A DNA stretch of 64,000 nt from Candidatus Cloacimonadales bacterium (GTDB taxonomy: Bacteria > Cloacimonadota > Cloacimonadia > Cloacimonadales > JAFGVF01). Both the position numbers and the translations under genes were made by a program. Under the pieces are notes generated by a model. The model had not been told where the DNA came from and made no database searches. It saw only the letters and a list, made by a program, of their open reading frames with translations. The stretch is from positions 928,001 through 992,000 of the forward strand of contig OY762964.1 of the NCBI GenBank assembly GCA_963667035.1. Reading direction: 5' to 3'. This document shows, piece by piece, positions 22,049 to 32,906 of the stretch. The number at the start of each line of letters is the position of its first letter. The stretch's first letter is position 1.

Positions 22049-22334
22049 GCTAATTTATATACTAAAAGTATACGTTTATGCCATCCAGAAATGACTTAAA
22101 TAATATGCCAGTATAGCAATATCACTAAAGTATTCAATTCGAATTTGTAATCATACTTTCTCTTAACAAGAAGTGCTTGACTATTTTAGATAATGGATTA
22201 CAAATCATAGCAGTATAGATAATTATGATTAAGAAAAGTTAAGCCGAAAGTAATTTTATTTATTATTTGGAACAAAATAATCATAATGAAGATTTAACAC
22301 ATCAAAACATTATTATAAGGCAACGGAGGAAACT

Positions 22335-25235
22335 ATGAGAAAGCATATCTCATTATTAATGACTTTATTGTTTGTATGGATGACTCTTTTAAGTATTTCA
22401 CGTTTCACTATGCTTGAGAACTTTGATGGTGAGTTTGAAATTGAAAGTATTGAAGAGTATGATATGCAACCCGATTCTTTGCAGATATCCCCAAACGGAT
22501 ATGAAGACAATTGCTTAAATCTATTTGGGAATATAGGTAAACGAATTATAATCGAACCTTATCTGATTGAAGATAACACAGTATTCAAATTTACCGTTAA
22601 ATCAACCGGTCCGAGTAATCTGATTGCAATAGGAGTTTCTGATTCTATAAACTCACTCAGATATTCAATTTATGGTAATTTAGAACACAATATTGAAGAG
22701 TTTGTGACTTGTTATCAAGAATCAAAAGAGGATAATGAATGGGTAGACTTTCTGTTACCAATAGCTGATGATTGGCAGGCATGGTATGATTATCTCCCGG
22801 AAATTACAGGTTTAGAATTCATCACAATAACCGCTGACAGTATATTCTTCGATTCCGTACAGGATTTAACGGATGAAATCAATCAAGCTCCTCAATGCTC
22901 TTTTACTTACAGGCAGATGGGAACTAAGATTATCGATAAACATACTAGAGAGATTACATATCAGTTTAGAGGTGAAGTATCAGACCCTGAAGGTGATATT
23001 ATCAATGAGTTTCATTGGAATTTTGGAGATGGAATTGTAGAAACTTCAGAGTTTTCGAGAGTAAATCATACATACACCGTTACAGATGATCATCCCTATT
23101 CAGTTTTATTTGAAGTTGCAGATTCGCAAGGAGAAATCGGACGCTTTGTTGAACATGTTGATATTGAAATGGGGGATAGTACTCTACCTGTAAAGTTAAA
23201 TTTCGTGGGAGATGTAATGTTTGCACGCAGGTTGACAAGCACAAATATCCCCGAAATATTCAGTGAAGTCGATTCGGTTTTAGGCTTATCTGCTGACATT
23301 ACTGTTGCTAATCTTGAGACACCTCTTGCAGATACGGGAACAATGCATCCGACTAAATCGGTTGCCTTTAGATCAAGTCCTACAAGTGTGGTTGCTTTGG
23401 AAAATGGTGGAGTTGATTTAGTTTCATTAGCGAACAATCATTCTTGGGATTATATGACCCCGGCTCTTCAACAGACAATGGATGTGCTTGATGATTCCGA
23501 TATATTACATTGCGGAGCAGGTATAAATTCTATTGAAGCATACAAACCTGCTTATGTGTTTCAGAAAGGTATGATTTTAGCTTTTCTGGGGAGTTGTGAT
23601 AGAACCGGGCAATACAATAATGCTAAACCATATCTAAATGCCGGATATGATAAAGCGGGTTTCGCATATATGACTCCTTACTTTTTAACGGAACAAATCG
23701 AGAGTGTGGAAGGGATAGCTGATTTAAACGTAGTAATGATGCATGGAGGTAGCGAGTATTCTTATGATCCGGGTTCCGATTATGATAAATTTATAGACAG
23801 AGATGCAGATGAAGACTTTAACCCTAGAATGGATATCCCTCACATGTGGGATATTGAAATACGACATCATGCCATAGACAGTGGGGCTGATTTGGTAATA
23901 GTACATCATCCTCATATTGTACAGGGAATTGAAGTATACAACGGGAAGGTTATAGCTCATTCTTTAGGGAATTTTGTGTTTGATTTAAACTATCCCGAAT
24001 GCTTACCTTCCATGATACTTAACACAGAAGCAGATATGGATGGATTCAAGAATTTCACTGTAACACCTATATATATTGATAGTTATAAACCAAAAGTTGT
24101 ATATGGTGAACTTGGTACTCACCTGCTTAGGTATATATCTATGAAATCAAGAGAATTGAATACTATCGTTCATGTTAATAGTGAAACAAATAGAGCCGAA
24201 GTAATATTAGATTCATTGGATTATAATTTTCCCATCGAAAATGAACAATTGAATGTCCCTATGACTCAGTATGATGAGAATGATTTTTTAAGTAATGCAA
24301 TTGACCTTACCGGAGTGATAAAATCAGTTAATGAGATAACCGGAGGGGATAGTATAAAATGGAGATTAGGTAGAGAATCTTTTCCAATGGGAAACATGGA
24401 GTTTGAGGGAGTATCTTATTGGTCAACATTACCGGAAGAAACAACCGAGTATCGAAGTGGAGCGACATCTCATTCTTTAGTTCAGCCAGAAACTGAAAGA
24501 ACTATGAGTCAAAAGATTCAGGTAAAGGACGGAGATAAAACTCTTACAGGATATATAAAAGCCATTGATTGCTCTGCTCAATTGGAAGTAGAATTCTATA
24601 CAAATTATAACAGCTACTATCCCAACAGTACATATTCAACAGGCTTAATCGTAAATACCAATGAATGGACTAAAGTTAGTATAGATATACCACATGAAAA
24701 CGATCAAAACTACTTTAAAATAAGCTTAGTCCGTTCAGGTGACAATGCTGATTCGGAAGCTTATTTCGATGATGTACATCTAGTTGTGTGGGGGGATTGG
24801 CAAATAGAACAGCAAACACAAGTCCCTTTCCCTAATGACTATTATTGGCTTCAATTGGCAAGTTATTCCACCCCAACAAATGAGCTCGCTCTCAATTATT
24901 CTATGTGTGATATCACTTATCATGATCCTGTCGGTAATAGTGATGGCTATCCGGTTTATGTAACCGGTTTATGCAATTATCCGAATCCGTTTAATCCGGA
25001 AACAACAATACAGTTTACGGTTAAAGAAAAGAGAGAAAAAGCAGAGCTCTCTATTTACAATATAAGAGGTCAGAAAGTAACAGGATTGTTTAAAGGTGAT
25101 TTGGAACAGGGTCAGCATAGATTTAAATGGTACGGTGAAGATAAAAATGGAAATCACTGTGCTTCGGGAATATATTTCTATAGATTGAAACATGGTAGTC
25201 AAAGCACGGTTGGAAAGATGGTTTTACTGAAGTAG
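22335..25235 (+). CDS. Secreted CapA/PgsA-family metallophosphatase with PKD domain and FlgD-Ig/T9SS-CTD-like tail
   Basis: Signal peptide; PKD (WNFGDG...HTY); VGDVMF, ANLETP, SLANNHSWDY, MHGGSEY, HHPHIVQGIE, HSLGNFVFD; tail NYPNPFNPETTI...ASGIYFYRL. Confidence 0.87.
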   Translation: MRKHISLLMTLLFVWMTLLSISRFTMLENFDGEFEIESIEEYDMQPDSLQISPNGYEDNCLNLFGNIGKRIIIEPYLIEDNTVFKFTVKSTGPSNLIAIGVSDSINSLRYSIYGNLEHNIEEFVTCYQESKEDNEWVDFLLPIADDWQAWYDYLPEITGLEFITITADSIFFDSVQDLTDEINQAPQCSFTYRQMGTKIIDKHTREITYQFRGEVSDPEGDIINEFHWNFGDGIVETSEFSRVNHTYTVTDDHPYSVLFEVADSQGEIGRFVEHVDIEMGDSTLPVKLNFVGDVMFARRLTSTNIPEIFSEVDSVLGLSADITVANLETPLADTGTMHPTKSVAFRSSPTSVVALENGGVDLVSLANNHSWDYMTPALQQTMDVLDDSDILHCGAGINSIEAYKPAYVFQKGMILAFLGSCDRTGQYNNAKPYLNAGYDKAGFAYMTPYFLTEQIESVEGIADLNVVMMHGGSEYSYDPGSDYDKFIDRDADEDFNPRMDIPHMWDIEIRHHAIDSGADLVIVHHPHIVQGIEVYNGKVIAHSLGNFVFDLNYPECLPSMILNTEADMDGFKNFTVTPIYIDSYKPKVVYGELGTHLLRYISMKSRELNTIVHVNSETNRAEVILDSLDYNFPIENEQLNVPMTQYDENDFLSNAIDLTGVIKSVNEITGGDSIKWRLGRESFPMGNMEFEGVSYWSTLPEETTEYRSGATSHSLVQPETERTMSQKIQVKDGDKTLTGYIKAIDCSAQLEVEFYTNYNSYYPNSTYSTGLIVNTNEWTKVSIDIPHENDQNYFKISLVRSGDNADSEAYFDDVHLVVWGDWQIEQQTQVPFPNDYYWLQLASYSTPTNELALNYSMCDITYHDPVGNSDGYPVYVTGLCNYPNPFNPETTIQFTVKEKREKAELSIYNIRGQKVTGLFKGDLEQGQHRFKWYGEDKNGNHCASGIYFYRLKHGSQSTVGKMVLLK

Positions 25236-25329
25236 GAAAAAGAAATAGTGAAAAAATATAGCCAAATAAATCCTTTGACATATAATATCTGGAAGAAATA
25301 ACTGATTAAAAATGAAAATGGAGGCTATT

Positions 25330-25557
25330 ATGCTCGATAAAGTGAAAATTGAAGAAGTCCTTGATAAGGTAAGACCTTCAATTCAGGCTGATGGCGGAGA
25401 TGTTGAACTCGTAGATATTCGTGAAGATAATACAGTAGTTGTTAGACTTAAAGGTGCTTGTGGAAGTTGCCCTATGGCTACTTTAACACTGAAAGCAGGT
25501 ATCGAAAGAGTTCTTAAACAAGAGATTCCTGAGGTTAAAGAAGTTATTCAAGGATAA
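25330..25557 (+). CDS. NifU-C/NfuA-like Fe-S cluster scaffold
   Basis: [39 protein letters not shown] before ATG 25330. Confidence 0.93.
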   Translation: MLDKVKIEEVLDKVRPSIQADGGDVELVDIREDNTVVVRLKGACGSCPMATLTLKAGIERVLKQEIPEVKEVIQG

Positions 25558-25572
25558 AACTATAGGTTATTT

Positions 25573-25607
25573 AAAGGTTCAGATAAGTATTTGTCTGAAC
25601 CTTTTTT
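25573..25607 (+). terminator. Rho-independent terminator
   Basis: AAAGGTTCAGA-N10-TCTGAACCTTT followed by further Ts. Confidence 0.75.
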
Positions 25608-25706
25608 CATTTGAAATTGACAGCATTATGTTCTTATACACACTGACGTAAATTACAGATGTTGGAATAACTGTTTTACATTGTTTAGCAATATAAAGGA
25701 GCAAAT

Positions 25707-26474
25707 ATGAGACTGCTGAATTATCAGGCTGAGATTAATAAAATTATTGAATTTATCAGAGTTTTTACTCGACAGAATGGTTTTACAAAGTTGATTATCG
25801 GGTTGTCAGGAGGAATAGACTCATCATTGTCTGCTACTTTGGCAGTAAAAGCCATAGGAAAAGAGAATGTTTACGGAGTAATGCTACCTTATAAAGGAAG
25901 CAGTCCTGAATCTTTAAATGATGCCAAGGCACTTGCAAAATGGTTGGACATTCAAACTGAAGTGATTGAAATAACAAGTTTTGCCGATCCATACTTTGAT
26001 ATTTATGAACCCGATGCTGATAAACTCAGAAGAGGGAACTGGATGGCAAGAAGCAGAATGTGTGTCTTATATGACCTTTCTTCCAAATACAAAGCATTAG
26101 TTGTAGGAACGGGTAATAGAACAGAATTGGAAGTTGGTTATTGCACTCAATATGGTGATGCTGCTTGTGCGTTTGAACCTATCGGTAATCTTTACAAGAC
26201 AGAAGTCTGGGAGATGTCTAGAATCTTAGGTGTCCCTGAACAAATCATAAATAAAGCTCCTACTGCTGACTTGTGGGAGTCTCAGACTGATGAGGAAGAG
26301 TTGGGAATTCCATATAAAACCCTTGATGAAATTCTATTTCGTTTATATAATCTAGGAACAAATATTGATTCAATTGTGGAAGACGGATTTAAAGAAGAAG
26401 ACATTAAGAAAGTCTTGAGATTGTATAAACTTTCCGCTTTTAAGAGAAGAATGCCACCATCTCCGGAGTGTTGA
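25707..26474 (+). CDS. nadE: NH3-dependent NAD+ synthetase
   Basis: GLSGGIDS, ARSRM, GTGNRTE, GYCTQYGD, PIGNLYKTEV, KAPTADLW, QTDEEELG. Confidence 0.95.
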   Translation: MRLLNYQAEINKIIEFIRVFTRQNGFTKLIIGLSGGIDSSLSATLAVKAIGKENVYGVMLPYKGSSPESLNDAKALAKWLDIQTEVIEITSFADPYFDIYEPDADKLRRGNWMARSRMCVLYDLSSKYKALVVGTGNRTELEVGYCTQYGDAACAFEPIGNLYKTEVWEMSRILGVPEQIINKAPTADLWESQTDEEELGIPYKTLDEILFRLYNLGTNIDSIVEDGFKEEDIKKVLRLYKLSAFKRRMPPSPEC

Positions 26475-26475
26475 T

Positions 26476-27681
26476 TTGCTTAGTTTATTCAAAAATAACC
26501 GATGTCATGTTTGCCGAAACAATAGAGAGCAGCGCTACTGTCTAAGGATTGGAAAGACAATCTGTTGGAATTGTTGTGTTGCCCAAAAGATGGATGGACA
26601 TTGTCCGGATGAATGTGAGTATAACTTCAAAAGAGAATCGGGTTTCATGCAATTTTCAAAGAATAAAGTTGATTCTATTACAGAGCAGGAAGCCTTCCTC
26701 CGCAAGCAGATGGATAGATGGATAAATATGGAAGTGAATGAATTAGGTGGAAGAATACCTGTAGAAGTAGCTAAAACTGACGACGGTAAGAAAGAGATTG
26801 AAAGACTCTTTCCTGTTAACAAAGTTCCGGTGTATTTGCCAATAAAGCATCTCTTCAAGAAACTTGATATCATAACAGATAAGAGTTATCCGGAAAGGGA
26901 AGATTACGAAGTTATAGCTAAAGAGTATCTAAATACATTTATATCTGAAGAATGGGAAGAGCTTTATAAGCTTACTTCATTATCAATTGAAAACGACTTC
27001 ATAGCTGAGTTTGAAGAACATATAACCACAGATAAAACAATGCTAAAGTTTAAAACATTTTCATTAGTAGCTTCTGCTTTAAGCGAGACTCATAATGAGG
27101 CATTGGTTCAGTTCGATGTAAATAACAAAATAGATTTTACCTTATATCTGGTTCTCAACAGAGGCAAATGGTATGTTAAAGCACGTATTATGGGGGACAT
27201 GAAACTGGTTTACGCCGAATCGGATACTATCAGAATCGTTGCCCAACACATGAATCCTGAGCAGTTAGGTAATGCTTACGAGTATATGAAGAAATACGAG
27301 AAAACATATCCTGATTCTCCGGATGTTGCTTATTATTGGGGTTTATACTATACTCTGAGTGGAATGAATGATAAGGCTAAACATTTCTTTGTTAAAGCTA
27401 TAAAACTAGATAGGACTTTCGTTAATGCCAGATACAATTACGGTTTTATACTCCAAGCAGAAAATAAATTGGACGATGCTAAAGATGTATATTTGGAAAT
27501 ATTAAAGTTTAATCCCAAAGAGATAAAAACCCTTAATAATCTTGCGATTATAGCATTAGCGAGAAATGATTATGATGAAGCGGAAAAATATTTAAGAAGA
27601 TGCTTGAAACATCAACCTGACTTCGAGTATGCTAAGAAGAACCTTGAATTGATTGAATCACTAAGAAAAGGGGAGAAGTAG
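26476..27681 (+). CDS. TPR protein with N-terminal Cys-rich putative Zn-binding domain
   Basis: CHVC-x8-C-x7-CWNCC-x8-CPDEC at the N-terminus; about four TPRs at the C-terminus (ARYNYG, TLNNLA, AKKNL). Confidence 0.75.
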   Translation: MLSLFKNNRCHVCRNNREQRYCLRIGKTICWNCCVAQKMDGHCPDECEYNFKRESGFMQFSKNKVDSITEQEAFLRKQMDRWINMEVNELGGRIPVEVAKTDDGKKEIERLFPVNKVPVYLPIKHLFKKLDIITDKSYPEREDYEVIAKEYLNTFISEEWEELYKLTSLSIENDFIAEFEEHITTDKTMLKFKTFSLVASALSETHNEALVQFDVNNKIDFTLYLVLNRGKWYVKARIMGDMKLVYAESDTIRIVAQHMNPEQLGNAYEYMKKYEKTYPDSPDVAYYWGLYYTLSGMNDKAKHFFVKAIKLDRTFVNARYNYGFILQAENKLDDAKDVYLEILKFNPKEIKTLNNLAIIALARNDYDEAEKYLRRCLKHQPDFEYAKKNLELIESLRKGEK

Positions 27682-27714
27682 AAGCAAGAGATGCTTTTTC
27701 AATATATATTGAAA

Positions 27715-27740
27715 AAGGACAGGCAATATTGCCTGTCCTT
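27715..27740. terminator. Bidirectional terminator between convergent genes
   Basis: Perfect 26-bp palindrome AAGGACAGGCAATATTGCCTGTCCTT. Confidence 0.8.
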
Positions 27741-27759
27741 ATTTCATTGTTGTATAATA

Positions 27760-28959
27760 TTACATAATTGAAGCTAAACGTTTAATTCCTTCTTTAATAA
27801 CTTCCGGCTTTGCATAACTATAGTTTAAACGAAGGCAATTAGATTTATCCTGTCCCTTAGGGAAGAATTTACTACCCGGGATGAAAGCCACTTTCTTATC
27901 TTTTGCTTTCACAAACAATTCGTCAGCATCCATATCTTCAGGGAGAGTAAGCCATATAAACATTCCACCTTCCGGTTTTGTCCAAGTAACATGAGACGGC
28001 ATGAATTCTTCCAAAGCATCCAACATCGCTTGCCAATATGGAGTGTAAAGCTTGTTAATACTCTCGATTTGCTTGTTTAGTAAACCTTTCTCCATGTATT
28101 TTCCAACCATTCTCTCTGCAACACAATCAGGAGTAACATTGATCTTTTGTTGCCAAGAACACATTTTCCCAATAACATCATCATTTGATACTGCATAAGC
28201 AATTCTTAAACCGGGTCCTAGAATCTTAGAGAAAGACTTAACCAGTGTTACTAATCCGCGTTTGTTAATATCTTCTGCAATACTGAAAAGAGAAGGAATA
28301 GTTTCTCCTGTATATCTTAATGAACCATAAGGATCATCTTCTAAGATAGGAACCTGATATTGTGCCATAAGTTCAATGAGATCTTTTCTTCTTTGAAGTG
28401 ACATTGTAATACCTGTTGGATTCTGGAAGTTTGGAATAGTATATAGGAATTTAACGGTTTTGCCTTGTTCTTTGCAATTATCCATAGCTTTCTTAAGTGA
28501 AACAAGGTCAATACCCTCAGAATCCATTTCCACGGAAACAAGTTCTGCTCCTTCAGCCTCAAATGATACCAGAGAACCTAAGAAACTTGGAGCTTCACAG
28601 ATTATGACATCACCCTGATTAATGAATGTTTTAGTGAAGTAATAGATAGCATTTGTTGATCCGACAGTTATAAGCATTTCGTCATCGGTAACGTTCTCAT
28701 ACTGTTCCCATTTTCTTAACTCGTTTTTGAGAAGAGCATCGCCTTCACTGGCACCATATTGAAGAATATCTTCTCCTGATTCCATAACTACCTCATAAAA
28801 GCATTCGGCTATCTCTTTCTTGTTGAAACTATCAGGTGATGGAAAACCACCGGCTAATGATATCAATCCCGGTATACCTTTGGTCGTTGCAACCAATTCA
28901 CGAATCATTGAGGCTCCCATGCCTTTAGTTTTTTCAGAAAACATGTTGTTGAACTTCAT
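27760..28959 (-). CDS. PLP-dependent class I/II aminotransferase (LysN/2-aminoadipate transaminase-like)
   Basis: ISLAGGFP, LQYG, PNFQNPTG, EDDPYG, SFSKILGPGLRI, PEGGMFIW, LRLNYS. Confidence 0.9.
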   Translation of the reverse strand: MKFNNMFSEKTKGMGASMIRELVATTKGIPGLISLAGGFPSPDSFNKKEIAECFYEVVMESGEDILQYGASEGDALLKNELRKWEQYENVTDDEMLITVGSTNAIYYFTKTFINQGDVIICEAPSFLGSLVSFEAEGAELVSVEMDSEGIDLVSLKKAMDNCKEQGKTVKFLYTIPNFQNPTGITMSLQRRKDLIELMAQYQVPILEDDPYGSLRYTGETIPSLFSIAEDINKRGLVTLVKSFSKILGPGLRIAYAVSNDDVIGKMCSWQQKINVTPDCVAERMVGKYMEKGLLNKQIESINKLYTPYWQAMLDALEEFMPSHVTWTKPEGGMFIWLTLPEDMDADELFVKAKDKKVAFIPGSKFFPKGQDKSNCLRLNYSYAKPEVIKEGIKRLASIM

Positions 28960-28983
28960 AAATTTTCCTTTATTTATATATTA

Positions 28984-29397
28984 TTAGAATATTGCTGGTT
29001 CATAAAGCGATACCTTAGCAGAATGAAACTTTTCACCTTCACTAATGGGTCGCTTGAATTTAGAAAGAACCTTCCGATATTTTCTAGTACTGTTGGAAGG
29101 CACTTCAAGTCGTATTAATCTACTCCCGACTTCTTTCTTATCATCATCGAAGACTTGAATCAGAAAGTCTCGTTTCTGATTATAATCTTTGGCATTTGTC
29201 ACCATAAAACCAACATCAATGGTTGTTCTAGTTGTCTGTAATACTTCCATATTAGTAATAATTAGGGATTTTTTCCTATAGTTAATCCATAGACCTCTAC
29301 CCACTATTGCTAATAATACGATAATGAACAAAACGAATTTAATCGTTGATGACACCTTGTGTTGTCTAGGAAACTCTAAGCGGTCAAAATATGGCAT
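28984..29397 (-). CDS. Hypothetical membrane-anchored protein
   Basis: 137-aa ORF with one TM helix, co-oriented between two genes. Confidence 0.6.
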   Translation of the reverse strand: MPYFDRLEFPRQHKVSSTIKFVLFIIVLLAIVGRGLWINYRKKSLIITNMEVLQTTRTTIDVGFMVTNAKDYNQKRDFLIQVFDDDKKEVGSRLIRLEVPSNSTRKYRKVLSKFKRPISEGEKFHSAKVSLYEPAIF

Positions 29398-29448
29398 GAT
29401 AAGAAAGAAATCGGGAAAGAGGTTTTATCTTTCCCTATTAAAGTTGGT

Positions 29449-30399
29449 TTATTTAAGTTTCTTGCTGAGTACATCAAGCATATCTTTGGTCATTGAAGCA
29501 AGGTCATATTCCGGTTTCCAATTCCACTCTTCACGAGCAGCCGAATCATCCATTGAATTTGGCCATGTAGAAGCAATCTTTTCTTTTATTGGGTCAACAT
29601 TGTAGTCCATTGTGAACTCAGGAATATGTTTCTTGATTTCAGCTGCAATTAATTCAGGATCGAAACTCATAGCTGTTACATTAAAACAGTTTCTGTGTTT
29701 CAAACGACATGGATCAGCTTCCATAAGTTGTACAGCAGCGTTAAGAGCATCGGGCATATACATCATGTCTAGATATGCACCAGCCGGAAGGTTACATGTA
29801 TAGTGCTTGTTTTTAATTGCTTCATAATAAATTTCAACTGCATAGTCAGTTGTTCCACCACCTGGAAGTGTAACATTGGAGATAATACCCGGATATCTCA
29901 CACCACGAGCATCAACTCCGAATTTTTCTGCATAATAATCACTAAGTAACTCACCTGCAACTTTTGATATACCGTATACTGTATTAGGTCTCATTAAAGT
30001 GTCCTGAGGAGTGTTATCAAGAGGAGTGCTGGCACCAAAAGCACCAATTGAACTTGGAGTAAAAACGGCACCTTTAATCTCTTTTGCTATTTCCAATGAG
30101 TTAAATAAAGCACCCATATTGAGATCCCATGCAGCTTTTGGATTTGCTTCACCTTTAGCTGAAAGCATAGCAACAAGATTGAAGATAGTATCAACTTTGT
30201 TATCAAAAACTAATTTACGGAATTTCTCTCCATCCAAAGCATTTAGAATCTCAAAAGGTCCATTTTCTTTAACTTCTGAAGGACAATTATCATGGATATC
30301 AGCAGCTATAACGTTACTGTTCCCATAGATGTTACGCAAATGTGTAACAAGTTCTGAACCGATTTGACCGGCAGCTCCAAGAACGAAAATCTTTTTCAC
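29449..30399 (-). CDS. tdh: SDR-type L-threonine 3-dehydrogenase
   Basis: GAAGQIG, LSAKGE, PSSIGAFG, YGISK, PGGGTTDYAVEIY, MMYMPD, WPNSMDDS. Confidence 0.85.
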   Translation of the reverse strand: MKKIFVLGAAGQIGSELVTHLRNIYGNSNVIAADIHDNCPSEVKENGPFEILNALDGEKFRKLVFDNKVDTIFNLVAMLSAKGEANPKAAWDLNMGALFNSLEIAKEIKGAVFTPSSIGAFGASTPLDNTPQDTLMRPNTVYGISKVAGELLSDYYAEKFGVDARGVRYPGIISNVTLPGGGTTDYAVEIYYEAIKNKHYTCNLPAGAYLDMMYMPDALNAAVQLMEADPCRLKHRNCFNVTAMSFDPELIAAEIKKHIPEFTMDYNVDPIKEKIASTWPNSMDDSAAREEWNWKPEYDLASMTKDMLDVLSKKLK

Positions 30400-30747
30400 A
30401 TATTCCTCCCGAGGATTTTTTTGAGAACAAATCTTTTATCTGTTGGATTGTCAATTAAAAACTAATAATATGACGTATGTCTACTTAACTTTATAACTGT
30501 AAATGAATTATGCCTTGGATTATTGATACAGACAATTTGTTTCATTTTAGTTAGTAATTGTCTCTATGAAACTAATGCTATAATGCTTGAAAATATGTTG
30601 TAAAGAGGTTTATGAATAGTCTTCGTTTAAGATTCTCATTCTAATAATAATTAATTAAAGAACATTTTTTTTATGTTTTACTTGACTTCTATCAATATAT
30701 AATACTTATTTATATCCAAGAGAAGCAATTAGAATCTGAGGTGTGAT

Positions 30748-32868
30748 ATGTTTAATAAGGTACCCGTTGCAATTAAAATAGTTTTTCTATATGTATTATT
30801 TGGAATTCTATGGATTCTATTGTCAGACAATATTACAATCAGAATCTTTGATGCCAAGACATCAGGTATTGTCCAAACCTATAAAGGGATTATATATATC
30901 ATTCTTTCAGGTAGTTTTTTGTATCTTATAATGCATAGAGCATATTTCAATATAAATGAGTTAAAGAATGAGTATGAAAACCTAGTACAGAATCAAACCG
31001 AGCTTATTATCAAATGGAAGCCTGATGGAAGAGTCTTATTCGTAAACTATGCATATTTAACTTTTTTCAATCTCGTGAAGAAAAATGCATATACTCAAGA
31101 TGTGCATACATTGTATCCAATTAAAGGTTTTCAAGAGCCATATCTTTCTCAGTTAAACAGAGATAATACAAATCTAAAATGTGATTCAGTAATAAAAAAA
31201 GACAATCTTGTATATAAAATCGATTGGTTAATCAAAGGAATTTACTCGGATTCAGGAGTACTTTTGGAAATCCAAGCAGTAGGAAGAGATAATTCTGAAC
31301 AGCATAGAAGCAAGCTGGCGTCAATGTTACAGGATAAACAGATGGAGTTAATTATTGAGGGTGGAGAGCTTGGAACTTGGGAATACAATATAGTTTCTCG
31401 CAAATTAAGTGTAAACTCTAAATGGTTTGAAATTCTTGGTTATAGAAAAACACAGGAGTTAACTGACGAGTTTCTGTTTAACTCAGTTCATCCTGATGAT
31501 TTAAGATTGGTAAAGCTCAGATTGGAGAAGCATTTTGCAAGTCTGGATGATTTCTTTGAATCGACACATAGGATTAAGCATAAATCCGGAAAATGGATTT
31601 GGGTGAAGTCAAAGGGTAAAGTATTTGAATGGGATGGAGATGGAAATCCGATAAGGATGTATGGTATACAAACTGATGAAACTGAGCAGAAACAGATTCA
31701 AATGAAGATAGAGCTAAGTGAAAACTTGCATAGAGAGCTCATTCAAAACATGAATTCCGGGGTTGTAATGACTCAGTTAAATGAGGAAACCGGAGAGTTT
31801 ATTATAACCAGTCTAAATCCATACGCATTGAATGCTCTTTCAAAACAAAGAGATGAAGTCATAGGCAAAGATATCGTTTCGCTTTATCCTCATGTCGAAG
31901 AAATCGGACTTGTTGAAAAAGTAATGCAGGTATACAAAACAGGTGTTCCGGCTTTAATACCAAAGGTCGAGTACAAGGACAAAGACTTCCAGATAATGGT
32001 TCAACTTTATTTCTTTAAATTGCCTTCTAATGGTATTGCATGTATATTCAACGACTTAACCTTTACTGTGAAAGCAGAAGAGAAGATTGCCTTCTTGAAT
32101 AAAGACCTTGAGAAAAGGATTCATGAGAGAACTGCCGAATTGGAATTAGCTAATCAAGAGTTGTATGCATTTGCTTATTCAGTATCGCATGACTTAAAAG
32201 CTCCATTAAGAGCAGTTATTGGATTAACGGAAGCAGTGATTGAGGATTACAAGAATGTACTTCCTGAAGCAGGCTTGGATTATCTATCAAGGGCAGCAGA
32301 CGAAGGACGTAGAATGTCTTCTCTTATAGAGAATTTGTTGGCAATGTCGAATTTAAACAGAATCGACATGAGTATTGATGTATTCAATATCTCAGAGTTA
32401 GTACTAGAGGTGTTTTCAGAAATTGTAGTAGTATTTGGTGAGCATATAGTCTGCTTGGATATCGACCAAAATCTATATGCCAAAGCGGACTATAGTTTAA
32501 CTAAGCAATTGCTGGAAAATTTGATTAGTAATGCCATCAAGTTCTCAAGTAAGAACGATAAACCTTATATTAAATTCACAGGAAAGATTGTAAGTGATAA
32601 CATTGTTTATAGTATTGAAGATAATGGGGTTGGATTTGACATGAATTATATCCATAAAGTATTTGCTCCATTCCAGAGATTACATAGTAGGTCTCAATTC
32701 GAGGGAGATGGAATAGGATTAGCAATTGCTAATCGAATAATATCAAGACACAATGGACGTATCTGGTGTGAGAGTGAATTAGATAAAGGGAGTAAGTTTA
32801 GCTTTACTCTGGGTGAATTCAATTTCCTAACGGATAAGGATAGACTAGGTATTGATACTAAGTCATAA
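30748..32868 (+). CDS. Membrane-anchored PAS sensor histidine kinase
   Basis: Two TM segments, three PAS domains (VHPDD), AYSVSHDLKAPLR, NLISNAIKFS, DNGVGF, GDGIGLA. Confidence 0.92.
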   Translation: MFNKVPVAIKIVFLYVLFGILWILLSDNITIRIFDAKTSGIVQTYKGIIYIILSGSFLYLIMHRAYFNINELKNEYENLVQNQTELIIKWKPDGRVLFVNYAYLTFFNLVKKNAYTQDVHTLYPIKGFQEPYLSQLNRDNTNLKCDSVIKKDNLVYKIDWLIKGIYSDSGVLLEIQAVGRDNSEQHRSKLASMLQDKQMELIIEGGELGTWEYNIVSRKLSVNSKWFEILGYRKTQELTDEFLFNSVHPDDLRLVKLRLEKHFASLDDFFESTHRIKHKSGKWIWVKSKGKVFEWDGDGNPIRMYGIQTDETEQKQIQMKIELSENLHRELIQNMNSGVVMTQLNEETGEFIITSLNPYALNALSKQRDEVIGKDIVSLYPHVEEIGLVEKVMQVYKTGVPALIPKVEYKDKDFQIMVQLYFFKLPSNGIACIFNDLTFTVKAEEKIAFLNKDLEKRIHERTAELELANQELYAFAYSVSHDLKAPLRAVIGLTEAVIEDYKNVLPEAGLDYLSRAADEGRRMSSLIENLLAMSNLNRIDMSIDVFNISELVLEVFSEIVVVFGEHIVCLDIDQNLYAKADYSLTKQLLENLISNAIKFSSKNDKPYIKFTGKIVSDNIVYSIEDNGVGFDMNYIHKVFAPFQRLHSRSQFEGDGIGLAIANRIISRHNGRIWCESELDKGSKFSFTLGEFNFLTDKDRLGIDTKS

Positions 32869-32882
32869 CATATAATATAAGA

Positions 32883-32906
32883 AAGCCTCGTTTACAAACG
32901 AGGCTT
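32883..32906. repeat. Left copy of the 24-bp target-site duplication (palindromic terminator)
   Basis: AAGCCTCGTTT-AC-AAACGAGGCTT, identical to 34569-34592. Confidence 0.92.

Noticed and set aside
18174..22334. Prophage or integrative element carrying SIR2-HerA-KTSC
   Set aside because: No integrase, tRNA, phage gene or convincing flanking direct repeat was found.
25707..26474. nadE as part of the SIR2 NAD-depleting system
   Set aside because: Separated from the operon by two unrelated genes and two terminator-like hairpins; an ordinary housekeeping gene.
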